DNA of 64,000 bases, taken from contig OX597815.1 of the NCBI GenBank assembly GCA_951406725.2, positions 147,374,001 through 147,438,000 of the forward strand, given 5' to 3'. The translations under genes were made by a program, and so were the position numbers. A model generated the notes under the pieces. The model saw only the letters and a program-made list of their open reading frames with translations, did not search any database and was not told the DNA's origin. Below are positions 26,035 through 41,900 of this stretch, piece after piece (positions within the stretch are counted from its first letter, which is position 1; the number at the start of each line of letters is the position of its first letter). This stretch comes from Octopus vulgaris (Eukaryota).

Positions 26035-28243
26035 AAGAAAGTCAGCCACAAACACGTATTTCGATATATAAATATAACTGGACGCTAAGTTACTTAGCAA
26101 GATAAGACAAGGAAAAAATGACGAAAGCAATGACGCCATTTAGAATACACAAATTAGAGTTCGATATAGAAATATTTTATTTATCAGAAAAACAGGGAAT
26201 TACAAGTCTTCTGCAAATATAAGTTTATCATCAAACATCTATTGTAGAACTGCTATGCTATTTAGTAATAAATAAAAGTAAACTAATTCATATAGGTAGA
26301 GGATATAAAGAAAACGAATCGAAAAACTGTTTTCTATCTTCTTTAATCGACTGAAAGAAAGAGCGAAACAAAAATATTACTGAGAAAGAAGAGAAAGCGG
26401 TGAAATTAGAGATATGAGCTTGTGATATGGGTATAAAATGTTATGGTATATTGGAATGCAGGATAATTGTATTCCATAGATAAGGTATTACAAGATTAGT
26501 TATTAGGTGGAATGGAACAGTGACTATTGGGTAAGAAGAACTGGATGCACAACTTGCTCATCAATATTATTTCAATTGCAGGTGAAATTTAAAAGTTACA
26601 CCTTCCAAATTTCAAAATGCATTTCAAAATGCATCCAGTTTAGCTAAACGGAAAAGTTGAAGTGTAGTAGCGATATTGAGGGGATCAGAAAATACGCTGA
26701 TGCATATACGCACACACATGCACACGCACACATATTAAGCATATGCACACACAGAAAACAAAACAAAAACAGATGTAGTATACTGGTCACGCTGCCTGTT
26801 TCATGATTCCACAGTCGTGCGTTTAATTCCAAGTCAGGCAGCTCGTCTTGAACAATGCATTTCTTTTCACGTTGTTCTAAGGTATTCAGGATAATTGAAG
26901 AAATCCTCTCCAGTCGTACTCAAAATTTTCCACTGGAATATTGTGGGAACAGAAAAGCCATCTATATCCGCTCCTTTCATATCGTTGTTGCTTCAGTTTA
27001 AGAATGTGAGACCAAGTTTTTGAACGGAGTGTGAATACACAAACTTAGTCTACACTCAGAATATATTAGTTCGTAATCAGTTTTGTGTTCTATACTTTCG
27101 GCGTAAAACAAGAAGTTGAAAAGTTAAGAATCCACTTAAATGTCATAATGGCGATGAGTTCATTGCACCCACCTCCCTTTATGTTATTATTTTGCTTATG
27201 CTACAAATCAATATTTTACAGAACGAATGACAGTGGACTACAGATTTAGTTAAACGCAGACATTTAGTTACATTTGTATACGTTCAGAGGTAGAAATGAT
27301 GAGGCACAATGCGATTTCCTTAAGTCTTCGATCGATAAATAAGTACTGTGATCAGCGGGAATTGTATCTTCTATGCTCACAATGGCCCTGATATGGGGAC
27401 TCAGCGAAAACAACTAATTTAAACATCAAATTTCAACAAATAATTCTATGCGATAACTCTATAATTTTCTCTAATCAACTTAAATTAAATATCAAGGAAA
27501 GCTTTTTAATTTTTTTTTCCCAAATCGAAGCTGAAGATTTTCTTACCATGTTACTTAATATATTTTGACAAATACAAATCAAGTAATTCGTAGTTAGGCA
27601 ACATACCGTGTTAAAACGAAAACAAGTACAATACTTATGTCTCCAGCAGTAATTTTTTTTTTAAACAACCTTTCAATTATACATCTCCGAAGATGCTACT
27701 CCGTGAATTCAATTCAGCAATGCACCATAGGATTCAAACAGCTCATATAAGCATATCTTGTATAAATTGCATAATTTCAATGAATTTTAAGAATATGAGA
27801 TGGATTTGAAAGGGAATCCCATTAGAAAAAAACTGATAGGTGAAATATATCTATAGACGATCGAGTTATTTAAAAGAGCTGCCTGTAGGAGTAATATTAT
27901 CTGTTCTATGTGGCAGTTACATTATATATCATAGTAATAGAGGAAACGTGTTATTGTGATATATCAATGGAAATTTTCATTATAACCCTTTTCAAAAATC
28001 TGAGTATGAATGTGTGCAAATGTACGACAATATATACTTGCACGCGCGCGCGCACACACACACTCAGACACACACACAGACACACACACAGACACACAGA
28101 CACAAACACACATACATACAAGTATTGTTGCACACATTTTATATACAATAATATGAATTTTCACCAATGGAATAAAAAATATGCGCCAAGGATATTATAA
28201 TGGAAAATTGCACACACACACACATATATATATATATACATAT

Positions 28244-28302
<59 letters not shown>

Positions 28303-28345
28303 AACACAAATATGTATATATGTGTGTATATATATATATATATCT

Positions 28346-28428
<83 letters not shown>

Positions 28429-28976
28429 CATGCATGCATACATCTAATATGGAATATATTTCCATTATCATTTCCTCGTATATTTGATACGATGGTGAGA
28501 ACTGGTGCTACTGGAGTACATACGGAATATACAGACATACGCACATAATCACATACACGCGTAGATTCGTACATATTCACATCATACTCGCCTAAGTACA
28601 TACATAATTTCCTACCTACGCACAAACATTTATATGCTTACATATGTGTGTGTATGAATATATCAATGTGTTAAACAGAAGCGTCTTTTAAAAATATAAA
28701 AAAAAATAATAGATATTTACTGATATTAACCGATAAATTAATAATGATTGAAATAGTGTATGTTAAATATTTACTTCATTTTTGCGTTGTGACTTTAAAT
28801 TTCTGTTATTGCTAGCTTAGAATCATCCAATTTGAATAAGCACTGATGTCCTAAATATCGAGTTATTCTCACTAGATTAACATAGAACAATAGTAGCGCT
28901 TTGACCTTATCTACAAGTTGTCTTAGTTCTTTTTCCCGTTGATACACACACACACACACACACAAAGTCAAACGCA

Positions 28977-29028
<52 letters not shown>

Positions 29029-29032
<4 letters not shown>

Positions 29033-29187
29033 ATCTGAACTATGACTTAACTATCCTCTCACACCGTCTCCGATGAAGGGATATTATTAATAAATATCCT
29101 AGAAACGGCTGTAAGAGCTTCAATCTATAAATGCTCTAATATCTACACAGCCTTGGTATTTTTTATCTTATTACGAAAAAAATTCTT

Positions 29188-29188
<1 letters not shown>
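29029..29188 (+). mobile_element. Solo arm of the 55.1-56.1-kb hammerhead element family
   Basis: Matches 55945-56101; lies between (TA)n tracts. Confidence 0.8.
29066..29117 (+). ncRNA. Hammerhead-like motif, CCGAUGA core variant
   Basis: GUCU-CCGAUGA-AGGGAUAUU..AAUAUCCU-A-GAAAC-ggcu-GUA-AGA. Confidence 0.65.
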
Positions 29189-29268
<80 letters not shown>

Positions 29269-29769
29269 GAGTGTGTGTGTGTGTACATATTGAATCCGTT
29301 TTTGTTGCTATTGTTTTTGGCACTAGTAGTAGTAGCAGTAATAGTATTATTGCTGCTGTGCAATACTTCTCCAACTCATATCGTTTATGTCAACTTCTCC
29401 AGCTTATATCGTTTATGTCAACTTTTCCCGCTCTCGTCACGGTTTTGCGGTCTCTTCGTTCACTTCATTACTTCCTGATATGTTTTGCATGTCAACGTCA
29501 AAAGGAGTCACCCACATCGAGGAGAAAGGGAGATAGAGTGGCTGGGTATAAGAATCAAACACCAAAATTCACAGACCGACTATGATCATTAGAACCTGAA
29601 AGTCTTCCATATATACAGGAGAAAATTATAGATATCTCCTTGAAGCCTAAATATGCTGATATTGTCCTCATATCAAACCAGCTGACGAGGAAGCGTTAGC
29701 GTGACAAGGACACAGATGGTGCAAAGTAAACGCTGCCATCGAATAAGAAGCATTTAAGTAAAATTAACA

Positions 29770-30912
<1,143 letters not shown>

Positions 30913-31177
30913 ATAATTGTTTTGTGTCTTTTTTTTATCGATATCTATCTTCTGTGCTGTATTTGTATGTGCATGTACATTTACATCACCACGCACACAC
31001 TCACATATATGCACACACACACATTTGTATTTATGAGGAAGTAAAATCATTTTAAAATATGTATTGAAGTCTTAATTATGTTCTAAATTAATATTTCTAT
31101 ATAATTCTTCTCATATCATTCATTCATGCAGAGTTCTTGTTGCGCCATACTCTCTGCTCTCTCTCTCTCTCTCTCTC

Positions 31178-31556
31178 TTTTTACTCTTTTACTTGTTTCA
31201 ATCATTTGAATGCGACCATAATGGAGCACCGCCTTTGGTTGAGCAAATCGACTCCAGGACTTATTCTTTGTAAGCCTAGTACTTATGCTATCAGTCTCTT
31301 TTGTTGAACCGCTAAGTTGCCGGGACGTAAAATCTCCAGCATCGGTTGTCAAGGGATGTTAAAGGGGACAAAACAGGCACACAAACACACATATACAAAT
31401 ATACGACGGGCTTCTTAGAGTTTCCGTCTGCCAAATCCACTCACAAGGCTATGGTCGATCCGAGGCTATAGTAGAAGACACTTGCCCATAGTGGGACAGA
31501 ACCCGGAACCATGTGGTTGGTAAGCAAGTTACTTACCACACAGCCACTCCTGCGCC
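31178..31556 (-). mobile_element. Near-full-length SINE family A
   Basis: Head GGCGCAGGAGTGGCTGTGTGGTAAG with B-box-like GGTTCCGGGTTC, body, and the tail ..GAAACAAGTAAAAGAGTAAAA. Confidence 0.9.
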
Positions 31557-32125
31557 ATTTTACTTTAAAAATAGGTGTATTTATTAGGAAGGCACCTCAG
31601 CGTTTATACTATCATGTACTTGTTGGAGCATCTGTTTGAATAAGCTTACACATGTTGTATAGACAAATGTGATATAGAGACCGTACTTATGATGTAGTAC
31701 TCGTACCTAGTGAAATACTAACATGACTGTGATGTCAGCCGATACTATATTTCTGTCTCCGTGTGAGTGAGTAAATGTATAAATGCGTACATACAATTAT
31801 TCATTCAAGCATACATGCATACAAACACACACACATATATATATATACACAAGTACATGCATATATGCAGAGATAGATTTATGTGGTATGTGTTGGTATG
31901 AATTTATGTATCTGTGTGTTGGTGTTTGTAACTCTTGCATGTAATAAAACGCTTTCACACAAACACAAATAATGTACTTCTCTTACATACACACAAATCA
32001 TACAAACTAGTTCATAATTCTCATTCTCTTATATATATATACAAGGTGTGGTGAATAAACTATATTACGAAAAATTGAAAATAACGCTAACATCTCATTT
32101 TAACAGGTATATATATATATATATA

Positions 32126-32327
32126 TAAGTTCAACAAAAATTTAGATTCAGATGAATATGGTACTTAAGTTAAAGGCACCAGAATTTGATATGTTATTAT
32201 CCATATAAATCAAATGGGGTGATTATAATCAAAATAAGCAACAAGGATATCCAAAGGTAGTGTAGTACAATCGTTTCATGCTACTTCATTTAATTAAACA
32301 ATGTAATTATTACATCAATTTTAAAAT
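32126..32327 (-). repeat. Dispersed repeat related to 60640-60850; keeps only the GAAAC-nnnn-GUA half of a hammerhead
   Basis: Colinear with the 60.6-kb copy (AGATTC.G.TGAA..GGTACTTA.GTT.AAG..GTAC....GTTTCA..TGTAAT.ATTACAT). Confidence 0.6.
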
Positions 32328-34940
32328 AGAGAGAGGGGGAGAGAGAGGCATAGGCAGAGACAGATTCATAGTGAGACATGAAGTCTAATCAAGTACTGCG
32401 TTAGATGATTATTGATTGCTTCTCAGATTAAATAGCAGACATATTGAGAGACTTCTAAATACATGAATTAGCAAGTGGTCATTATTTTGTACATTAACGG
32501 CACTTTGTTTTGTACTGTTTAAGGCCGTGTTGTATATTAAAATAACAAACGCTTGACGACTTCCTTATTTGAATAAAAAATTGAAATTCTTTAAAAATAT
32601 CACTAACTTATAATAATTTATTTCCCCCTTAATAATTTACGTAAGTATACCATTTTATTGAAATTTGAAATAGTTGATGTCATTTTAAGAGAACGCCACA
32701 AATTCAGATTTTGTAATTCTTATTGTATGCATTTTTAGCCAACTTTAGATAGTAAATGCCCCTTCACCGTTATGAAGTGGCTTTCATTCATACCTCCAGT
32801 AAAGGTCCAAACTTTTCAGATGACTCATTAGTAAGTTTATTCATTCTTTCATCAAAATGAAACTATGGGCTTTTGAAACCGCTTAAGGTTTTTTGTGTTT
32901 CACAGTAACCTGAATGATTGCTCTTTATGTTCTATTTTCGTATTTTCCCCACATTCTGCTATGATAGTGGTGATATGATTTTGTGCTTCCCTATGCTAAT
33001 TATCTATTAAAACTAACTCGGCATTTTACGATGAATAATACGACACAGAAATCATGGGCGTACACTCTCGCTCATCAGACAAATAAGGACGTCAAACATT
33101 TCTTCCTATAATACCTACCTTCTCGAACCCACCCTCTGCAAGAAAAAAAACCTGACACACAAAACAAACTTAAGTTGGGCAATACAGGGTCATCGAAAAT
33201 TCAAGAAGCCCAATGACATATGTGGGCAGATCTGGCAAATTCTGGTGTTTGCACTGATAGCACTTTGATGAAGTGATAATATGTTGTCCACTTAATGTGA
33301 CAGTCCCATGAAAGAATGCTACTGTTATTCAACCTTAGAAAACACCGTTTTCTGTTGGACTTGACACATTTCCTGTGTCCTTAGACTCTCAAACTGAAGA
33401 TGAGCACTTCTACCCAGCAAAACCAGCATTCATAGACTAGTTTCAGAATCATTGCTCATGAGCAGGTTGGAGTAGCATGGCTTACTAGCTATCGATGCCT
33501 ATCTGCCATTGAAAACATATATTTCAAGTGAAGTACATTCACTGATTTTTGAAAATAGAAATAATGCCTAATCCTAGGGCTAAATAACAGTAACATTCTT
33601 CCCTTTCATGGGACTGCCACATTAAGTTGACAGCATACTATCACTTTATCGTACTGCTACTGCATAAATCTCTCTGAGAGATTTAGAAATATATTATATT
33701 TGAGTCACCCTGTATAATCCTAGACGATGCATAACTATACGAGAGGCGATGTGCATGGTCAAAATACTTTGGAAAATGCGTTTCAATGATCAATTTCAGT
33801 TTAGCGCTAGACAGAGAATTCTCGAGGGAACAGTCGCTATGCTTTATTGATCGATCTTCAATTAAGTATATAATTCTGTTGTATAGCCACTGCGGGTTTA
33901 TATTTCCCTATCTTCTTTGTACTTCTAGATCTATTTTTATATTTTCATACAAAAATGCCATTTCCGTTCACCGATTACTTGATATATTTTGGGGTCATGC
34001 AGTAAATATTCATGTATAACTTTCTCGTCAACCATCCTCTACCTCACTATATTTATGACAAACATAATTGCGTGCGGCGCACTTTCGGTAATATATTCAA
34101 AGTGCAGCCATTATTTTCTCACTTTTCTATTTAGTTGTAATAATTCACCAAGCTTTCAGGTTAGTTTATATTATTACATATTACTGAGACAACTTGAGTA
34201 CTAATACCTAATAACATTTTCCATGTTAACTGATCTGTTTTAAGTAGTACTATAATATACAATGTCTGCGTCATGTTCCTTCATAATGTTTCCTTTCATC
34301 TGTGACAATATCACTGTGTCTAGTTCATTAATTTCCATGTACTTGTATGCTTGTGTTCATTCTAATTATGTGGTCTCCCTTACACAATTTCGCGAAAATT
34401 ATAGCATTGTTTTGATATGGTTTGCATGTTAGGCGTCCTCAGAGCATTTCAGTAAACCTAATATCCAAAGCGAATACATGACTTGTAACGTTGTATTTAG
34501 TAATCTATCATCATCATCACCATCATCATCATCAACACTGCCACTGATGATGCCATCGTCGTCGTTATGGTCATTTCTGTAATTTCAGTGAATCATTCAA
34601 TCCTCATTTTAAAATAATCCTCTTTGATAAATCGAAAAATACGTTTGTCATCACATTCTCGTTGCTTGCTAACATCCAGTTGCAAATTTCATTATTTCCA
34701 TTGCTATCTTTGGTTTTCTTTATAATCTTCCTTCTATTTTTCCCTCTTTATTTTTTACCCACCATCGATCATATACTTCTAATTCCTCTGGTTTGTTGTT
34801 CAAACCCTCTCCCAGAAACTCTCTTTCTCTCCTTGTTTACACTGCACTTAATTACGTTTTGCTTTGGTACAATGATACATGTACATTATTTTAGGTAGGT
34901 TCTTGAGCTTCTTAACAATACCTGTTTTGGAACATTTTCG

Positions 34941-35172
34941 AAAGCAATACGACAATTAAGGCTTCTTTAATTTCATATAAAAAATGTTCCTTTTTATTGT
35001 ATTCCCATAGTACTTGTGTAACAGCAATACGACGATTAAGGCTTCTTTAAATTTCATATACAAATTGTTCCTTCTTATTGTATTTCCATAGTACTTGTGT
35101 AAAAGCAATACGACGATTAAGGCTTCTTTAATTTCATATACAAATTGTTGCTTCTTATTGTATTTCCATAGT
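34941..35172. repeat. Tandem repeat, ~79-80 bp x 3
   Basis: AGCAATACGAC.ATTAAGGCTTCTTTAA.TTTCATATA..TTATTGTATT.CCATAGTA occurs three times. Confidence 0.95.
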
Positions 35173-36158
35173 AATAATAATTTTCTTTGTGTTACGTGAT
35201 GTTCTTTCTCGATATAATTACACATTAAAATGCATCTTTTCATACACTTTTCAATGCTATTTATCATCGATATCGTGGGACTTGATATTTCTAAACGAGA
35301 AATATATTGTGAGAACCCAATTAGATTTAGGACTGCTAAGACGATCCTAGGGAATAATATGTTTAACCTCATTATAATAGCGTAGTGTTTGCTCACGGTC
35401 TACTTACATTGATTTATGGCCGAATCAGCTTTATCATCATCTCTTCTGAGCTAATGAAACAAAAATAAAACAGAATAGCCAACGATTTAACAAAATCATT
35501 ACAGCTGAAATCCGGAATCCTCTTGTATAGCCTAGCAGTTAATAAAACAAGTGTTCACAGAGAGAAGTTCCTTTAATACATTGTCATTTTGTGCAATGGT
35601 AGAATGCCTGCTATGTCTACAGAAAATGTACTTTCAATTCCCACGGGTAGTCTTCCACATTACAAAGGAGTTTATTCTCAACTCAACTTTTATGTATTTG
35701 TAACTTTATATGTATTCCGGGAACCAATTACAGAAGAAGAATTATTCCATCCTTTCTCGAAATTTTATGAATTCTTATGACATCAACCCTATATAACGTC
35801 AGTGATGTACCAACGGGAATCCCGACCCACACAGTACCAAGGTACGGTATTATACGTGTATATAAATCTACGATGTAGTTATACAATGCAAACACAGTAA
35901 ATTTAAATATTTTTCTGCAGAATGAAAAGATGATGAACAGAATAATTTTTTCGACGTTCATCGCACGATAAATCCTTGATGCACACATACATATTAACAT
36001 ATACAAACACGTATATATACATGTGCTTACATATACATATTTGGATGCATATATATTTGCGTACATATATACATGTAAACATAAATATAATTATAAATTT
36101 ACACGCGAGCATAGACACACATACATATACACACGCAGAAGCACGCACACTCACGCAC

Positions 36159-36238
<80 letters not shown>

Positions 36239-36373
36239 GCATGTCTCCACATATACCCGTACATTATTATACTTGTATATAATATATACATACACAACTA
36301 TGCAAAACTTATATGCAAATACACACACTCATGCACACGCTTCTATATAGAGACATATTCCTGGATATATGTT

Positions 36374-36421
<48 letters not shown>

Positions 36422-37419
36422 TACAAATATATACATGGACACATAGAAACCAAAATTAATTTGTTGATAATATCTGTATCAATAATGAGGAAGCGTCTCT
36501 GTGATCAGTCGACCTGCTAGACAAAGCAGACTATTACCAGCCTATTCATAAATATTTTCTTATAGACATATACACTACATCTAAAAATACATGCCGTGGT
36601 CGATTAGAATTGCATTGATGAAAAATCTGCTTCTCCATCAAGTCTGGCTCGCAGCTAAGCAGCAACAACAAAAACAAGCGGAGAAATCGTAAAATAAATT
36701 GTTCAATATTTATCCCTTCTTATATTTCAGTTCATAATATATTGTACACAGATAATTATTTGTTCAATAAAACTACTTACATCTATCCCACATCTTTGTG
36801 TCTGTTGCTACTATCGCTGGTTCGATATTTATATCGTTGCTATGATGTATTGGGCAGAAAAATCGACAATACTTACTGCCTAACATATTTATTGCCGTGT
36901 GTCAATGTACGAAATTCATTATATTTCTATTTATTGCGTTCCGCTCCTAATATTAGAGAAAGCCAACATTGACTAGTAATAGATTAAGACACACACACAC
37001 AAACACACACACGCGCGCACAGACAGACCCACGCACGCACACTTAAACGCGGACACATCAAAACACAAAGAGAAACACACATACACATGTAAGCGCATAT
37101 GCAGGCGCATGTATATAATTATATAAATATACGCTACAGTAAGTCACTATAAATAAATATGCAACGATTATGTGCTTTCACTTCTGTGCGTATAATGAAA
37201 TGTAGACATGATTATATTTTTATGCAGGGATGTTTCTTTATGTACGCGCACACACACACACATATGTACGTAGGATTCTTGATATATAAGTATATAAGTG
37301 TATATATATATATATATATACAGACAGACAGACAGACACACACACACACATACACACTCATAAATATATACACATAGACATATGCATGGACACATACACT
37401 TATAATATAAGATTATCTA

Positions 37420-37619
37420 TTTCTTCATTGCCCACAGAGCGCTACGCACAGAAGGGACAAACATCGACCCCAGTGCGTAACTGGTATTTATTTAATTGAG
37501 CCCAAGAGGATGAAAAACAAAGTCGACTTCTGCGGAATTTGAATTCAGGATGTAGCGGCAGATGAAACACAACTAAGCATTTCGCTCGGCGTGCAAACGA
37601 TTCTGCCAGCTCGCCGCCC
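37420..37619 (-). mobile_element. SINE family B
   Basis: Reverse complement reads GGCGGCGAGCTGGCAGAATCGTTTGCACGCC..GTCGACTTTG. Confidence 0.85.
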
Positions 37620-37891
37620 TGCAGTATATGAATATTGATGTGTAAATGATAAATCAAATGATGCCTGGTTTGTTACATTATTATGGAGCTACATTGAGAG
37701 ACGGAGAAATGCAAATCTGAGTGTTTACGTACATATCCTTACACGGAAACAATGTGCACTGCAAAAACACATACACTGACACCTATCTATCTTTCTGTCT
37801 GTCTATATCTGTCTGTGTCTCTCTGTCTTTCAGTATGTAACAAACACAAACACACACACACATATATATATATATATATGATTATATGGAC

Positions 37892-38007
<116 letters not shown>

Positions 38008-38235
38008 ACATACACACATATATATATATGTATATAAATATACATATACATATAGATAAATATACATACACACACATGTATAAATATAAAATTTATACGA
38101 AATGTATAAATAGATGATGAGTAAAGCACCTGTTCTTCTCCGTAGATTTATTCCAGGAACGTTACAGTGGCAGTTGGGTTAATAGTATTAATAAAATAGA
38201 AGACGGAATGTGCATTAGGATTTTATTAAGTGCAG

Positions 38236-38272
38236 CACATGTTTCGACCCGTCGTTCCGGGTCTCTTCAGGT
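38236..38272 (-). ncRNA. Hammerhead-like core (probably inactive)
   Basis: CUGAAGA-GACCCG(gaacga)CGGGUC-GAAAC-AU-GUG. Perfect stem II and ACAUGU palindrome, but a GUG triplet and weak stem I. Confidence 0.5.
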
Positions 38273-38804
38273 ATATCAATAAAAAAAAGTCCAACTAGAG
38301 ATTTATGTCTCGGCATACTTACCGATATATATCCATTAAATTCGAGAATGGATAAAAGCAAAGAAAAGTTATTGAAACCCCGAAAATTCAAATATGAACC
38401 TGAAAAGTATACATTACAGATTAGATAAAATGCTGTAATCAGCCTTCGCTATTGTAACTTTTAAGAGAAAGAAAAATGAATGCAGACGGTTGAAAGAAGA
38501 TAATACTTAGACGAAAATAAAAATTTTGTGACGCCTACATTGACATACATACACTAACAAACACACATATATATATATCGTCACTCACACACGCACATGC
38601 AAGTATATGCGCATATACATACATCTAGGTACACGCGCATATGCACATATTGATGTACATGCTTAGGAAATCATATACGCAGGTATATATGCGCATATAT
38701 ACATAGATATACATACATAACATATATAAATAAGATTTGAACATGTGTTGTCCTTAATAAACAACGAATACACACACAGACATACACACACACACACATA
38801 TACG

Positions 38805-39010
38805 TCCGCGTGTGTACCGTTGGCGATTTTTTTTCCTCCGTATTCCTTTCTCTGGATCTTTCCTTTTCCTATGTTTCTGACGAAGAGCTCCGCTCGAAAC
38901 GTAAAACCCCCCTTCTTCCCTTCCTTCCTGAACGTCCAATAATACTATATTTGTTCCACGTTATCGTGTTGATGTATTTTCTCTTGGTGTTTTCATGTTT
39001 GGATTAACTA
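38805..39010 (+). mobile_element. ~200-bp pyrimidine-rich hammerhead-bearing repeat; relatives at ~39880-40010 (-) and ~47330-47500 (-)
   Basis: Shared layout TTTCTCTGGAT..TTCTGACGAAGAG..CTCGAAACGT..TGA.CGTC.AA.AATAC. Confidence 0.7.
38873..38907 (+). ncRNA. Minimal type-I hammerhead ribozyme motif (35 nt)
   Basis: GUUU-CUGACGA-A-GAGC(ucc)GCUC-GAAAC-GUA-AAAC. All core nucleotides present, stems I and II perfect. Confidence 0.85.
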
Positions 39011-39953
39011 GATATGTATATCTCCATTTCCTGTCTGTTCGGGGCAGATTAGAACCCGTAAGAAAGCCATTCACTGTATTTGCTATGGAGAAAATTTCTC
39101 CTTGTACAAAACACACGCAATAAAAAGATTATATACATGTGTGTGTGTTTATGTGTGTGTGCATGTGTGTAGATAGGTATAAAAGATTTCTATTTAATGA
39201 TTGAGCCATGTCAAACTATATTCGTACTTATTAAATTTAGGAAAATAAATAAGCACCGTTTGCATTATTCTATCCATATAAACTTATTCTCACAAGCACA
39301 CTACACATTAGAATTTAATACGGCGTTTCTCTAATGAATTGTATCTGCGACTTACTTCAAAGCATTGATAGCGTCAGTTTAAAATTTGACGACGCTCACT
39401 GTGATAATGATCTCTGGGTGGAGTTTGTAGATTTAAATGTAATAGACATATTATGCCATTCAACTTCTCTCCATTTTCTTTTTACCCTTTGTTCTAATAA
39501 ATTATATATTTTTCTCCCACCAGTTGTCCGACTTCACACTTTCAATTTAGATATGTCTTTCTCGGACAGCCTAACTGAAATATCTACAATTCCGATTGCA
39601 CTTCCATATTGAAATCTTGTTCCTGCCTTGAAACTTCATATGTTGTTGGACTTCCTAATATGACAGCATGTCGATGATTGATCTACATATCGTTTACCTG
39701 AGCAAGTGGGTGACTATTGAAATATATATTGCATATTATTATAGATGTTGCGCGTCTCGCATAACTGCATGTACGATGCTACGTTACAAGATAATCCATT
39801 AATGATTTTTGTGGGGCACCAAATAATTCATTCGTCTGGGTTTATTAATTGTATATATGATTCATAAATGCAGAAAAACTAACAATGGAAACAAACAGGT
39901 GAGGGAACAAAAACAAAGTATATTTGTTTGACGCTCATGAAGAAAGGGAAGTA

Positions 39954-39987
39954 TTTGACGTTTCGAGCCTACACTCTTCTGCAGAAA
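39954..39987 (-). ncRNA. Decayed minimal hammerhead of the same family
   Basis: UUU-CUGCAGA-A-GAGU(guag)GCUC-GAAAC-GUC-AAA; A6 is mutated. Confidence 0.55.
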
Positions 39988-41639
39988 GGAATGAAAAGAG
40001 AAAACGGATTGAAATGGGGGTAAAAACAGGGGGGAAGGTATGTAGCAAAGTTAGTATCATATAAAGTATTCAAGGAGTTCAAAAAGTTTGGCTATCTAGA
40101 GAACACTCACTCCTACGTCCAAATGTTTCAGTAAGTATAGAAAAGAATTTAAATATTCCAATAATAAAAATACATACATCGTAATTTATCTCCATATAAG
40201 CTAATACTCATAATTTGTCTAATTTTTTTGGCATATATCAAAACTAAGTAACTAAATGTTGTGACGTTGAATTTTTATGTTTATTTTTCCTTCGTTTGTT
40301 ATCTACCGACGACATCGTAAGTTTAAATTCTAAACTGAAGTTTCTTAGAATATTACATTCCCTCTTAACGTTCTTTTTGTATGCGTCCATAGATTATAGA
40401 TGTTATTTCAGTTCGCTTCGAACTTAAGCTGTTTTGCGTTAAATTGACGATATCGTGTTACTATAAATTTTCGGATATATTGATTTCATTGGTATCCTTG
40501 TTTTCTATATTTCAGCATACTGGCACAATGGAAACGGTCTCAATCCAGTATGGTGTGATCCTTAACTGAAGATGTAATATTCTACATTTTGTTCACGTCG
40601 GTATATATATATATATATATATAGTATACAATTTCGTTATATGTAAGATCAACAAAAATGTATTCTATCTAGTGAGAAATAAATATCATTTAATATACAC
40701 ACTTTAAAAAGGAACAGCCATTAATATTTCCATGTTGCAGATATATAATAATTGAGCAGATTTAGTTAACTATTTAAAAACCTGGACGCTTGTTTGTGAG
40801 AAGAACATGAGAAAAAGCGGGAAGAGAAACGTGAAGGTTCATGCAAAATGTGGAACGAAAATAAAGGAAAGATAAGTAAGAAAACCGAGAACCTCAAATT
40901 TATCTTTTGATGACATAAGTTGAGTTATATCTAAGTTAAGTTATATCTCTCTCTTTCTCTTCTTTATTCTACTGCGTTTGTCTATTACATTTAGAGGGCA
41001 TTTTTGCAGTTTTTGAAATCGTTTCAATATAGCATAATTTTGGCCTACCCCTATTTGCACATATGTATTTCATTGCACTTATGCCTCTTGACGTGAATTA
41101 TGGGATTTTTCGATTCATTTATAATGGATGACAGAAGGAAAAATTTCAATATACATGTTTGTGCGTTCGTTTATAGAATACGTCAAATGTGATTTTTGCC
41201 TCATAATTTCTCGAGTACATAAAAAAGATAATTGTATTGGTTTCCATTGTGAATCTCATTGTGAATCTCATGTACGGACGGTAGGTTTTGAAGTTGTGAT
41301 ATATTACATGCAATTCATCTTCATTATAATATATGTTCCTAAAATATAAAATAATACTCTAATATCTGTTCCTGCATATTTTATCTGTTCTTAAAATTAT
41401 TACCGAAAATATTTCGACATCTGAAAGAAAAGCTCTTAAAGGTCTGGCTGAATTTGATTTCTATTTATTGAGATTCTCTGTGTCGAATCCCCTGTGTATG
41501 AGTTGATGTACCGTTTGTACACAAACTTGCTCTTCTAATCTATAGTTCTTTGAGCAAATTTAAAAGTAATCCTTCCAAAATTCATAAAGGTGTTTTGATG
41601 AGATATTTCTTGAAGCGTTGTGAAGATGCTTGACTAAGA

Positions 41640-41900
41640 GGTTAGGTTATTTAAAATAAAGTATCCTCAGCAAGTCATTTTACTTCGTGTGTCTTCAGTT
41701 CATTGAACTGGCAAAAATGAGTAATACCATTATTTCAAAGAGTCAGCATTGGCACATTCGTTGTTACCCTGAGTTTCCACGAAAACTACGTTAAGGCTAC
41801 GCGTGTCTGTGGAACGCTCAGCCACTTGCACGTTAATTTCACGAGCAGTGTCTTCTGTCGATCTTATGAAGTGGAATTTGTCGTGACCGACGGAGTGCTT
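41640..41900 (+). mobile_element. SINE-like family C
   Basis: CORE-like CCTCAGCAAGTCA and a 3' part matching 23590-23760. Confidence 0.65.

Noticed and set aside
33385-33470. CTGAAGA on the plus strand and GAAACTAGTC on the minus strand
   Set aside because: The two half-cores are on opposite strands, and neither completes a fold with paired stems.
34941-35172. Regular repeats (also 24484-25215) as a CRISPR-like array
   Set aside because: The units are whole tandem copies or have microsatellite spacers rather than unique spacers. The context is eukaryotic and there are no cas genes.
39334-39650. Possible pogo/Tigger HTH transposase relic on the minus strand
   Set aside because: Only a vague resemblance with several stops; it cannot be supported without a profile search.
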